From NCBI RefSeq assembly GCF_000179635.2, contig NC_014833.1, positions 1,650,001-1,682,000 on the forward strand: a DNA stretch of 32,000 bases, written 5' to 3'. Both the position numbers and the translations under genes were made by a program. The notes under the pieces are model-generated. The model worked only from the letters and a program-made list of their open reading frames with translations, had not been told where the DNA came from and searched no databases. Position 1 is the first letter of the stretch. Each line of letters starts with the position of its first letter. Shown here piece by piece: positions 1 to 7,857 of this stretch. This DNA is from Ruminococcus albus 7 = DSM 20455. GTDB lineage: Bacteria; Bacillota; Clostridia; Oscillospirales; Ruminococcaceae.

Positions 1-2
1 AA

Positions 3-203
3 AATGGGATCAAGCCTAACACGTATTACAACCGCTTAAGAAAAGTCCGTGAACAGTATATCGAGAATTCTCCGACCATCATTCCTGTATCAGTTCCTTG
101 TTCAAACGAAAATATCCGCATCGAGAAAAACGGACTTCAAATATCTCTTCCGGCAGATAAATCTGCGGATACTCTGACCGCTTTGGTGCATGAGCTATGC
201 TGA
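3..203 (+). CDS. IS66-family accessory protein (orf1/TnpA-like), C-terminal part; the 5' end lies outside the window
   Basis: Frame 3 is open from the window edge to TGA at 201-203 and reads NGIKPNTYYNRLRKVREQYIENS...IRIEKNGLQISLPADKSADTLTALVHELC. Its stop overlaps the next ATG (ATGCTGA at 197-203), as is typical for IS66 orf1/orf2. The family call is from memory of IS66 orf1 sequence patterns. Confidence 0.55.
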   Translation, partial: NGIKPNTYYNRLRKVREQYIENSPTIIPVSVPCSNENIRIEKNGLQISLPADKSADTLTALVHELC

Positions 204-475
204 ATGATCTGGCAGCGGACGCACAGGTCTATCTTGTTACGGGATACACCGACCTTCGGCGCGGGATAGACGGTCTTGCAGCTATCGTTCAGGCTCAGCT
301 TCGACTTGACCCGTTCTCGAAAGCATTGTTTTTGTTCTGCGGAAGACGCTGTGACAGGATCAAAGGTCTGTTGTGGGAGGGCTTATCCGCAGGTTTTTGT
401 TATCCGAACATTTTTGTGGAACAAGGCTTGATGCTGATGATCAAGCCTTGTTCCTTCAAAAAAATATGCGGATAA
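197..475 (+). pseudogene. tnpB: IS66-family TnpB (orf2), truncated; family-like sequence stops near nt 385
   Basis: MLNDLAADAQVYLVTGYTDLRRGIDGLAAIVQAQLRLDPFSKALFLFCGRRCDRIKGLLWEG matches the conserved N-terminal two-thirds of IS66 TnpB. After LLWEG the reading becomes unrelated sequence and ends early. No IS66 transposase (orf3) follows. Confidence 0.75.
383..475. repeat. Nested palindrome at the junction between the tnpB relic and the integrase relic
   Basis: A perfect 12-bp stem ACAAGGCTTGAT/ATCAAGCCTTGT (421-432/440-451) has a 7-nt loop. It is nested inside a 9-bp inverted repeat TTATCCGCA (383-391) / TGCGGATAA (467-475). Confidence 0.6.
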
Positions 476-479
476 AAAT

Positions 480-782
480 TTACCTCAAGCCGCAAAGCCG
501 TGCAAATTCATCCTCGTCATCGGGCCATTCTGGTACCTCATTGCCAGAAGATATTACAGGGTTCCCTATTTCCATGGCCTTGCGTTTTTGTTCCAAAGAT
601 GGAAATGCGTAATGGTCCTTCGTGGTCTGGATGCTCGAATGTCCCATTGCCACAGCAATCGTCTCTATTGCCACTCCATCACGATAAAGGTATGTTCTCC
701 GTGTTCTTCGAAGCATATGGGGATAAACTGGATTGGGCAGGTCTGGATGATCCTTTCGGACAATGTCCGCATATTTTTTCAC
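480..782 (-). pseudogene. Tyrosine recombinase (phage-integrase family) C-terminal catalytic fragment
   Basis: PHMLRRTRRTYLYRDGVAIETIAVAMGHSSIQTTKDHYAF carries the H-x-x-R ... GH ... Y catalytic-region pattern of tyrosine recombinases. Only about 100 aa are present, starting at a GTG, with an in-frame TAG three codons upstream. A possible upstream remnant sits in another frame (..ITTIYVGKE..). Confidence 0.75.
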
Positions 783-1043
783 TATGCGCTACACATTCCT
801 TTCCGACATAGATTGTTGTGATACTTGTCGTATTTGACTGCATATATTTCACCAACTCCTATCTGTCTAATATACTCCAATTAACTCCATGGACCAATTT
901 GGATTGTCTAATTTACTTCATGGTGTTCCTTGGAGTTTATTATACTTCATTAGACTTCGATGGGGTAGGTGCGGAGGGTTATACGCTTACGATATTTCAA
1001 TTCCAATGATATTATTGACAATTTTAAATGAATTCTACAATTT

Positions 1044-1085
1044 GACCCTGCCGGGATATTGTTTCGGCAGGGTCATGGTTTTGTA
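1044..1085 (+). terminator. Orphan terminator-like hairpin
   Basis: A 10-bp perfect stem GACCCTGCCG/CGGCAGGGTC (1044-1053/1065-1074) is followed by ATGGTTTTGT. No credible upstream gene is present. Confidence 0.4.
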
Positions 1086-1143
1086 TACTTGAACTGTTTA
1101 ACTGTTGAAATTATGTCGTATAATACAGCTATGAATAATGCTA

Positions 1144-1395
1144 TTAAAATTGCGAGATTATTGATGATAAATCTTTAAATATATCGGCAAATGGAATATG
1201 ACAGACAGCCATTATAATTGCAACGAAAAATAGTATAAGGCTTAATGCAACTTTGTGTTGTTCAATTTTAGGTGCCAGTGTGATGATATTGAAAATAAAA
1301 GAACTTAGCGTTAACAACAGAAGTACGAAAGTGAAATGCCAATTACTGCTAACAAATAGCATCCTGCACATATTGCACAGACTGCTTTTGGTCAC
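1144..1395 (-). CDS. Hypothetical small membrane protein (two hydrophobic helices)
   Basis: ORF only. It has a GTG start, no recognisable RBS and no family motif. Confidence 0.2.
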   Translation of the reverse strand: MTKSSLCNMCRMLFVSSNWHFTFVLLLLTLSSFIFNIITLAPKIEQHKVALSLILFFVAIIMAVCHIPFADIFKDLSSIISQF

Positions 1396-1479
1396 AACAT
1401 AGAATATTTTTGTTTTTTGCGCTGTCTACTTGACAGGGGACGGTTCATCTTGGTCTGTGCCAGGCTCTTTTTCTTTGTT

Positions 1480-1511
1480 GGGGCTGCAACAGCCCCTTTG
1501 TTTGTTATTTT
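1480..1511 (+). terminator. Canonical intrinsic terminator with no upstream gene
   Basis: GGGGCTG-caa-CAGCCCC is followed by TTTGTTTGTTATTTT. Confidence 0.5.
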
Positions 1512-1522
1512 AAATCAGGTAT

Positions 1523-1558
1523 TAGGATGTCGCCAAGCGGTAAGGCAAAGGACTATGA
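1523..1558 (+). pseudogene. tRNA 5' half (tRNA-Gln-like acceptor, D-arm and anticodon arm), broken after the anticodon loop
   Basis: TAGGATG-TC-GCCAAGCGGTAAGGC-A-AAGGA-CTATGAC resembles Firmicute tRNA-Gln as far as the anticodon loop (D-arm GCCAAGCGGTAAGGC). The 3' anticodon stem, T-arm and acceptor 3' strand are absent. Confidence 0.35.
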
Positions 1559-2007
1559 CTTAAATAAAGACTGGTGATCAACCGTGAAAATCCCTTGCGG
1601 ATTCTCCGTCTAAAAGGTAAATTCAAGAAGCTCTGCATTGATTTTACAGGGCTTCTTTTGCATTCGAAAAAGATTTTCTTTTTATCGTACAATATTTTCT
1701 GCTATCATTTTTTTAGAGATTAATATTGATAACCTGTAGGTCAGACTTGTTGTTGATGTATTTAATCCTATTAGGAGGGGCGCTTTTGTTGTTTGTAAAA
1801 TTCAAGTATAATTCAGATACACATTGTAATGGAGGAATGATATGCCAAAAGCTATTTTTCGCCCAATCGCATACGGTCGGATTGCGTTCTCTGATCGGTT
1901 GATGTTTGGAGGCACATTGTTATTTTGCAGGTTTGTAACATATAAAAAAGTTATGCACGAAAAAAATTCATGCCATTACGCGCGTTTTATTCATTTATAT
2001 GTTACAA

Positions 2008-2036
2008 TTGACAAACAAAATATTTTATGATAGAAT
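2008..2036 (+). promoter_or_regulatory. Sigma-A-type promoter of the metallopeptidase gene
   Basis: TTGACA (2008-2013), a 17-nt spacer, then TAGAAT (2031-2036). Confidence 0.6.
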
Positions 2037-2181
2037 ATATATCGTCAGGAATTCACGACAGCTTCCGGAACGGCATATTAAATCAGATTTCTTCAAATTC
2101 AGACGTGAAGTTGGAGCAATGTCGCAAAAGAAGCATTTTTTAAGTATTGGAAATCATGAAAAGGAAGGAGCATTGCCAATC

Positions 2182-4503
2182 ATGAATATATTGAAAAAAG
2201 CAGCACTCAGCGCAATGGCAGCAGTCATGGCGATAACAGGGCTTGCAGCCACTGTCCCGTCTTTGGAGGTCGGTGCAGAACACTACGGAGAAAATGAACT
2301 GACCGCTGAACTTGAGCAGATTGCAGCTTTGAAGAAGACCGTTTTAAATGATTATAAAACGGGCAAGTTTACGCAGTATACAGCCCCATCCGAGTGGAGT
2401 GTGCTGTGTGTAAAGTTCAGCGATGTTACGTTTAATAAAGGAACGTCTGGCGAAAGGCGTTATACAATCCCGCATAACAGTGATGCAAACACTGTCATTG
2501 ACCATGGAATTCAGAGATTTGAAGAAACAATGGAAGATATGTCCAATGGTCAGGTTGATTTTAAAATCACTACAATTTGGGTAGATGAACCTGTTAAAGT
2601 AGTATATAATCACTTTGGATACGGAGAAATCATAAGCCAGATTAAACAGGTCATCCCGTACAATTCGTTTGATTCTGTATTCTTTTTCAGCAGTCAGGAA
2701 GGCACAAATGGAATGACATATGACAATTTAGCAGGTAATACTTTTGGTCATTCATATGTTCAGCCTTTTAACATTGCTGCTGAGATGAAAGCCATTAAGA
2801 ATCACTATACAATCGAACAAGAGGAAAAAGAATGCTGGACCTGCGGTATTATGACACATGAATTTTTCCATCAGGTTGATGCAGCTGCAAAGGAAGTGCT
2901 GGGCGAAACGAATTTTCCGATGTGTCATGATTATCAGGTAAACGGCAATAGGCTGCCAGATGAAAAGGTTAACGATCCAAAGTACGGATATCTGGTGAAA
3001 GGAGAAACCGGAAAATATGACTCCCTGCTTGTGAATAAAAATAAGTTCAAATACGTGATAGGAAAATATCCGGATTATCTCGGTGACTATTATGAAGCAT
3101 TCTTCAGAGGAGAAATTTACTATCAGGAATCTTCTACAAAACAGGTCAGAAAAGGTATGTTCCCATCTATGTGGCGTTATTTAGACAGAACTGCACGTTT
3201 GAATCGATATAATTACACAATTCGTAACGTCGAAACCGGAAACTATCTCAAAAAGGAAGATGAGGTTGACGTGCCTGGTGCTTCCGTATTGAGTAGTGTA
3301 AAGACAACAGATCTGTTCTCGGAGAATGTACAATGGAAATTAACTGCTAATCTCTCTGCAGCAGATCCAGCTGTATTTCAGTTGATTCCGGCAGCCGATA
3401 CAACGCAGTTGATTCGAGCAGAAAAAGGTTCACCGTACGGTACTGCTGCACTTTATAGATCCGGTTGGGGAACGGCTGAGACTGCAAACAAGGGATTTGG
3501 ATTTAAACTTGTTCCAACAACGGATTCCAAGGGCAACTTCGCTTACAGGATTCAGAGCACCCTTGATGTTTTCAAGAACTGCTATTTCCGTGATAACGGC
3601 AATGGCAGCGTGTGCATTGAATCCAATACCAAGAACAACACATGGGATATCGAGAAAATAGGTATCCAGTCCGGCAAATACTATATCAAGAATCTCAAAA
3701 CCAGAGGCGCTCTGACCGTCAGCAATAACGCTGCTGCGATCACCGAGTATTCAAACGGTAATGGCAATGTCAATCAGGAATGGATGATTATGGAGGATAA
3801 GAACGGCTTCTTCAACATCTATTCTGCTGTTGCAAATACAAACCTTTATTTCGACGTTGTGGATAACAACGCGCTTGAAGGCAACAAGGTTCAGCTTTAT
3901 GGTAAAAGCACGAGGTACGCTGATGCACAGCTTTTCCAGTTCAAAAAGAACTGCAGCGGTTTCTACACCATTATTTTCAATCGCAACCCCGAACTTTGTA
4001 TTGCATGGAATGCGAACAAGAATCAGATGGAACTCCAGAAGATTAACGGTTCTGCTGAACAGACATGGGATATCGGACAGACTCAAAAGACACCGTCAAT
4101 CCAGTCAGGCAAATATTACAATATCAAAACTGCTGACGGCGAATACCTTAGTTGGAACGGTTCGACTGTTACCAAATCCGCATCTGCTGCAAAGTGGAAG
4201 ATTACGGACAAGGGTAACGGTTACTACTGGATCGAAGCGAACACCACAAACAGCATCCGATTCCTCGATGTGTTTTATTCCAAGAATGAGGAAGGTACGC
4301 AGATCAGAGTCTGCACGGATACCACGCTTTGCGCAGATGCAGAAGGTGCGCGCTATGCACAGAACTGGGCATTTGTTCCGAATGCTGACGGCACTCTTAA
4401 GATCATGCCGAAGCTGACCTTTGCAAGAGGTCTGAAATTCAGCGGTACTAACGCACAGCTTTCTAGCACGCCTGACAGTTTCACGCTGGTTCTTGCAAAA
4501 TAA
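2182..4503 (+). CDS. Secreted putative zinc metallopeptidase (HEXXH) with about three C-terminal ricin-B-type beta-trefoil lectin domains
   Basis: RBS GAAAAGGAAGGAG lies upstream of ATG 2182. The signal peptide is MNILKKAALSAMAAVMAITGLAATVPSLEVGA. The HEXXH motif is in CGIMTHEFFHQVD. Repeated QxW-type motifs (VQWKL, NQEWMI, AQLFQF, EQTWDI, AKWKI, AQNWAF) are spaced as in ricin-type lectin repeats. The ORF-track start at 1999 would include the promoter. Confidence 0.85.
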   Translation: MNILKKAALSAMAAVMAITGLAATVPSLEVGAEHYGENELTAELEQIAALKKTVLNDYKTGKFTQYTAPSEWSVLCVKFSDVTFNKGTSGERRYTIPHNSDANTVIDHGIQRFEETMEDMSNGQVDFKITTIWVDEPVKVVYNHFGYGEIISQIKQVIPYNSFDSVFFFSSQEGTNGMTYDNLAGNTFGHSYVQPFNIAAEMKAIKNHYTIEQEEKECWTCGIMTHEFFHQVDAAAKEVLGETNFPMCHDYQVNGNRLPDEKVNDPKYGYLVKGETGKYDSLLVNKNKFKYVIGKYPDYLGDYYEAFFRGEIYYQESSTKQVRKGMFPSMWRYLDRTARLNRYNYTIRNVETGNYLKKEDEVDVPGASVLSSVKTTDLFSENVQWKLTANLSAADPAVFQLIPAADTTQLIRAEKGSPYGTAALYRSGWGTAETANKGFGFKLVPTTDSKGNFAYRIQSTLDVFKNCYFRDNGNGSVCIESNTKNNTWDIEKIGIQSGKYYIKNLKTRGALTVSNNAAAITEYSNGNGNVNQEWMIMEDKNGFFNIYSAVANTNLYFDVVDNNALEGNKVQLYGKSTRYADAQLFQFKKNCSGFYTIIFNRNPELCIAWNANKNQMELQKINGSAEQTWDIGQTQKTPSIQSGKYYNIKTADGEYLSWNGSTVTKSASAAKWKITDKGNGYYWIEANTTNSIRFLDVFYSKNEEGTQIRVCTDTTLCADAEGARYAQNWAFVPNADGTLKIMPKLTFARGLKFSGTNAQLSSTPDSFTLVLAK

Positions 4504-4516
4504 TCAAACAACCCAA

Positions 4517-4550
4517 AGCCAGAGATTTGCAGGTCTCTGGCTTTCTTTTA
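4517..4550 (+). terminator. Intrinsic terminator of the metallopeptidase gene
   Basis: AGCCAGAGA...TCTCTGGCT is followed by TTCTTTTATT. A second hairpin CTCCCACC/GGTGGGAG lies at 4570-4590. Confidence 0.7.
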
Positions 4551-4890
4551 TTCTCTTTCAGCAAGAAGACTCCCACCTCTTAGGTGGGAGATGAATTGCG
4601 TTTCTTACTCACCGGACTTTTCACTTTGCTCATAGCATAAAATATTCAGTCGAATAAAATGGAGTGGCTAAAATACAGTGGATTTGGATAATAAAGCACA
4701 TTCTTGCTTTACAAAATGGGAGATTTTTTTTACAGGGCGAGAACACACGTTATTTCAGCTGTGGGATGAAGCACTGTTTTTATTTTTTATAATATGGTTA
4801 TCCCCTTAACACACCACAAGTAGTACTGGAATATCACTACAGAATAATCACTCGAAATAATCATCTTTTTTGAACTGATGTCACAATAAG

Positions 4891-4923
4891 ACCTCGTAAA
4901 CGTATAGTTTGCGAGGTTTTTTG
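4891..4923 (+). terminator. Strong orphan intrinsic terminator in a 760-bp noncoding gap
   Basis: ACCTCGTAAAC-gtata-GTTTGCGAGGT (one G-U pair) is followed by TTTTTT. No ORF lies upstream. Confidence 0.55.
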
Positions 4924-5200
4924 TTACTTCTCAACTGCATTTTCTACAGGTGAAAATGTTCATTTGCAGCCCGTAAATTTACGATAGAATGAGCTGAGAT
5001 ATTGAAAGAATATCAGGAAAAAACAAACGTCATAACGTGTAAAGCGTTTGATATATCAATTAAGCGGCAGGGTTTCGGCTCTGCTGATTTTTTTGTACAG
5101 TTTTTTTTCAGGATGACAGATAAATAGGTAAAACTTAAACAAGAAAAAGATTAATGTTAACGATTAATTTGTGATTACATAAAATGATTTAAAAAATCCA

Positions 5201-5229
5201 TTGACAAATAATGACACACGTGCTAAACT
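5201..5229 (+). promoter_or_regulatory. Sigma-A-type promoter of the LRR protein gene
   Basis: TTGACA (5201-5206), a 17-nt spacer, then TAAACT (5224-5229). RBS AGGAGG lies at about 5253 and the ATG at 5267. Confidence 0.6.
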
Positions 5230-5266
5230 GATAACATAATTGTTTTTTATATAGGAGGAACTAAAC

Positions 5267-7090
5267 ATGAAAAGTAAAAAAATCATTTCAGGTCTGTTGG
5301 CATTGAGCCTGGTATTTGGTGGGGCTGTGGTGCCGAGTGCAGTAATAGGTAATTCTGTTATCTCTGCAAGTGCGAGCAGCATTTGTGATGATTCCTTGTT
5401 TATTAGTTATGGTGGTAATCATGCGGTTGATTTTACTTCGGAGGATAATCACTATTCTTATTATATCTTCAAAGATGGTACAGTTTACTTATTTGAAATC
5501 CAGGGATTATATGATGATACTGGTGAATGGCATAAATATGATGAGGAGATGGTAATGCCAAGTGAGATCGATGGCAAAGCAGTAACCTGTATCGGATATG
5601 CTGCTGTAGGTACTAATTCGATCGTAAAAAAAATAACGGTCCCCGAAGGCATTACAATGATCGATAATGGTGCTTTTCAATCTAGTTATAGTCTTGAAAG
5701 CATAGATTTACCTGACACAGTAACATATATTGGTGATTATGCATTTGAATGTGATGAAAAACTTAAAAGCTTTAAGATCCCTCCAAAAGTAACTACAATA
5801 AATAATTTAACTTTTATGGGATGTAAAAGTCTTACATCTGTATCAATACCGGATGGTGTGACTAGTATTGGTGATTATGCATTTGAATACTGTGAAAGCC
5901 TTCCGTCAGTTAATATACCGGATAGTGTTACTAGTATTGGTGACGGTTGTTTTTATGGATGTGTAAATCTTAGAAGTATAGTTATCCCTGCAAGTGTAAC
6001 GAGTATTAGTAAAAATGCATTTGTTAAAGATGAATATTATGAAAATAACGAGATAAAATATCGCCCTTTGAAAAATCTAACAATTTATTGCTACAAAGGA
6101 TCATACGCTGAGGAGTATGCAAAAGCAAACGGATTAAAATATTGTTTATTAGATCAGGGTTTTGTTTACAAGCAGCTTGACGATAATACCATTGAGATAA
6201 TTAAGTATGTCGGTAATGATACAGAAGTCAATATACCAAGCAAAATTGACAATATTCCTGTAACAAGTATTCATTCCGCTGCATTTTATGGCTCTAATAC
6301 AATTAAGAGTGTTGTTATACCGGATAGTGTTGTTTCCTTAGGTGATGCGGTTTTCGGTGGCTGTACAAACCTTGAGAACGTATCTTTATCAAATAACGTA
6401 AGATCTATTGGTCAAGTTGTATTTTCAGGTTGCTCATCTCTGAAAGAGATCGTGATACCTGATAGTGTTACAAGCATTGATTCAGCTGCTTTCCTTGATT
6501 GTATCGGTCTTGAGAAAGTATATTTATCTAATAATTTGGAAACTATCGGTGCTTCAGCATTTAATGGATGTAAATCACTGAAAGAAATAGTGATACCTGA
6601 TAGCGTGATATCTATTGAATCTGCCGCATTTGTTAATTGCACAGGTCTTGAAAGTGTCACTATTCCAAAGAATGTTGTATCAATAGGTGAATATGCATTT
6701 GCCGTATGCGATAATCTGACTATATATTGCTACACAAATTCTGCAGCTCAGCAGTATGCTATTGATAATGAGATCAAATATGAGCGTATAGATGCATCAA
6801 AGCCATTTGTTCCTACTTACCCCACAAACATAAAAGTAGATCACAGCGAACAGTACCACCAGGTAAGATTCACATGGGACAAGGTTGAGAATGCAGAAAA
6901 GTACGGCATAGCTGTATACCTCGCAGGCAAGTGGAGAATACAGACACAGAATATCACCGGTACGATTTACACTACTCCCAAGAACCTTACTCCCGGCAAG
7001 ACCTACAAGGTAGCTATCGCTGCTAAGGTGAACGGTCAGTGGGATGTTAATAATGCTATCAAGAATGCTGTTACTGTTACAGTAAAGTGA
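5267..7090 (+). CDS. Secreted BspA-type leucine-rich-repeat surface protein with a C-terminal FN3-like module
   Basis: The signal peptide is MKSKKIISGLLALSLVFGGAVVPSAV. About 23-aa repeats of the form IPDSVTSIGDYAFxxCxSLxSV recur across two blocks, and the periodicity is visible at nucleotide level. The C-terminal 90 aa are FN3-like. Confidence 0.9.
   Translation: MKSKKIISGLLALSLVFGGAVVPSAVIGNSVISASASSICDDSLFISYGGNHAVDFTSEDNHYSYYIFKDGTVYLFEIQGLYDDTGEWHKYDEEMVMPSEIDGKAVTCIGYAAVGTNSIVKKITVPEGITMIDNGAFQSSYSLESIDLPDTVTYIGDYAFECDEKLKSFKIPPKVTTINNLTFMGCKSLTSVSIPDGVTSIGDYAFEYCESLPSVNIPDSVTSIGDGCFYGCVNLRSIVIPASVTSISKNAFVKDEYYENNEIKYRPLKNLTIYCYKGSYAEEYAKANGLKYCLLDQGFVYKQLDDNTIEIIKYVGNDTEVNIPSKIDNIPVTSIHSAAFYGSNTIKSVVIPDSVVSLGDAVFGGCTNLENVSLSNNVRSIGQVVFSGCSSLKEIVIPDSVTSIDSAAFLDCIGLEKVYLSNNLETIGASAFNGCKSLKEIVIPDSVISIESAAFVNCTGLESVTIPKNVVSIGEYAFAVCDNLTIYCYTNSAAQQYAIDNEIKYERIDASKPFVPTYPTNIKVDHSEQYHQVRFTWDKVENAEKYGIAVYLAGKWRIQTQNITGTIYTTPKNLTPGKTYKVAIAAKVNGQWDVNNAIKNAVTVTVK
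6818..7087 (+). other. C-terminal FN3-like module, copy A (shared with the xylanase)
   Basis: YPTNIKVDHSEQYHQVRFTWDKVENAEKYGIAVYLAGKWRIQTQ...TPKNLTPGKTYKVAIAAKVNGQWDV is about 70% identical by eye to 16310-16585 on the minus strand. Confidence 0.6.
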
Positions 7091-7121
7091 TAGGTTTCAT
7101 CGACATAATTTTATAAACACC

Positions 7122-7163
7122 AAGCGGATAGACCATCCCGATCGGATGGCTATCCGCTTTTTT
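7122..7163 (+). terminator. Intrinsic terminator of the LRR gene
   Basis: A long stem AAGCGGATAG(a)CCATCC-cgatc-GGATGGCTATCCGCTT is followed by TTTTTT. Confidence 0.8.
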
Positions 7164-7316
7164 ATCAGAATGGTATAAAAAGAATCTCAAGTTGTTTTAT
7201 TCAGAAAGATTAGATAAGTATTCTGTGTTTTCAAAATCTCCTCACACCGGGTCTTATATGTTACGTACTACAGTAAATCTTCTTGCTCAATGCCATATTG
7301 CATGGAACTGCAGGGC

Positions 7317-7345
7317 TTGAAAAAAAGTTAGAGTTATGATATACT
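7317..7345 (+). promoter_or_regulatory. Extended -10 promoter upstream of the 123-aa ORF
   Basis: TTGAAA (7317-7322), a 17-nt spacer ending in TGa, then TATACT (7340-7345). Confidence 0.55.
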
Positions 7346-7435
7346 ATATATTAATAAATCTTTAAAAAGCGGCTGGAATACAGATCGTATTTGATCTTGT
7401 GATCAGATAGATCGGGATATATATGAGGTTCTTTA

Positions 7436-7807
7436 ATGGAAGAAGTTATTACTATCAGTAATTGGTTTGATGGACCATTAGAAGGTCTTGCATATTATAA
7501 TGGGATAGTATGTATCTATGAAAGAGTATTTGATGAAGCTTTGGATGAATATATTGATGAATACTATTTAACACCTGTCACTGATAATGAAAAAGATGAG
7601 ATGATGTCGGAGTGGCGGGAATGGTGTAATGCGTATTCAAATAACGATACGGACTCATATTACAAAGCACATTTGAAAGAGCGTGCTATAGACAGAGTTC
7701 TAATCAATTCGGAATTCAGAAGAACATACAGAAAAAAAGCGAAATTTGACGGACGATTTGAGAAGGGCTTTATTCCTGTCGGGTATTATGTGGAATGGTA
7801 CGACTAA
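7436..7807 (+). CDS. Hypothetical small acidic cytoplasmic protein
   Basis: The 123-aa ORF has its own promoter and a weak RBS (TGAGGT). It has no signal peptide and no recognisable catalytic motif. The N-terminal pattern WFDGPLEGLAYYNG...F resembles small immunity-type proteins only loosely and from memory. Confidence 0.65.
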   Translation: MEEVITISNWFDGPLEGLAYYNGIVCIYERVFDEALDEYIDEYYLTPVTDNEKDEMMSEWREWCNAYSNNDTDSYYKAHLKERAIDRVLINSEFRRTYRKKAKFDGRFEKGFIPVGYYVEWYD

Positions 7808-7857
7808 TATCCTTTTTATCACAGGATGACATTTATAAAAAGATGAGGAGTAAGATA

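Noticed and set aside
373-1092. Plus-strand ORFs 373-612, 500-811, 588-821, 818-1009 and 889-1092
   Set aside because: They overlap the integrase fragment on the opposite strand or lie in decayed AT-rich DNA. They have no RBS and no family similarity.
1842-2030. 62-aa ORF with a GGAGGA RBS upstream of the metallopeptidase gene
   Set aside because: It is basic, has no motif, and overlaps the downstream promoter. I cannot exclude a real small protein, but there is no positive evidence beyond the RBS.
1999-2181. Upstream extension of the metallopeptidase ORF (track start 1999; internal ATG 2119)
   Set aside because: A near-consensus promoter (2008-2036) lies inside the extension. The signal peptide begins at ATG 2182, which has a strong RBS.
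3830-4417. 195-aa alternate-frame ORF inside the metallopeptidase gene (and the minus-strand ORF at 3751-4086)
   Set aside because: The translation is Arg/Ser/Thr-rich and nonsense-like, inside a region with clear ricin-repeat coding signal in the main frame.
5164-5382. 72-aa minus-strand ORF overlapping the start and promoter of the LRR gene
   Set aside because: It is the mirror of a signal-peptide coding region, which gives a hydrophobic translation by construction. It has no RBS.
7795-7857. 21-codon upstream extension of the lipoprotein ORF
   Set aside because: The extension overlaps the end of the preceding gene. ATG 7858 has an RBS and starts a canonical lipoprotein signal with a lipobox.
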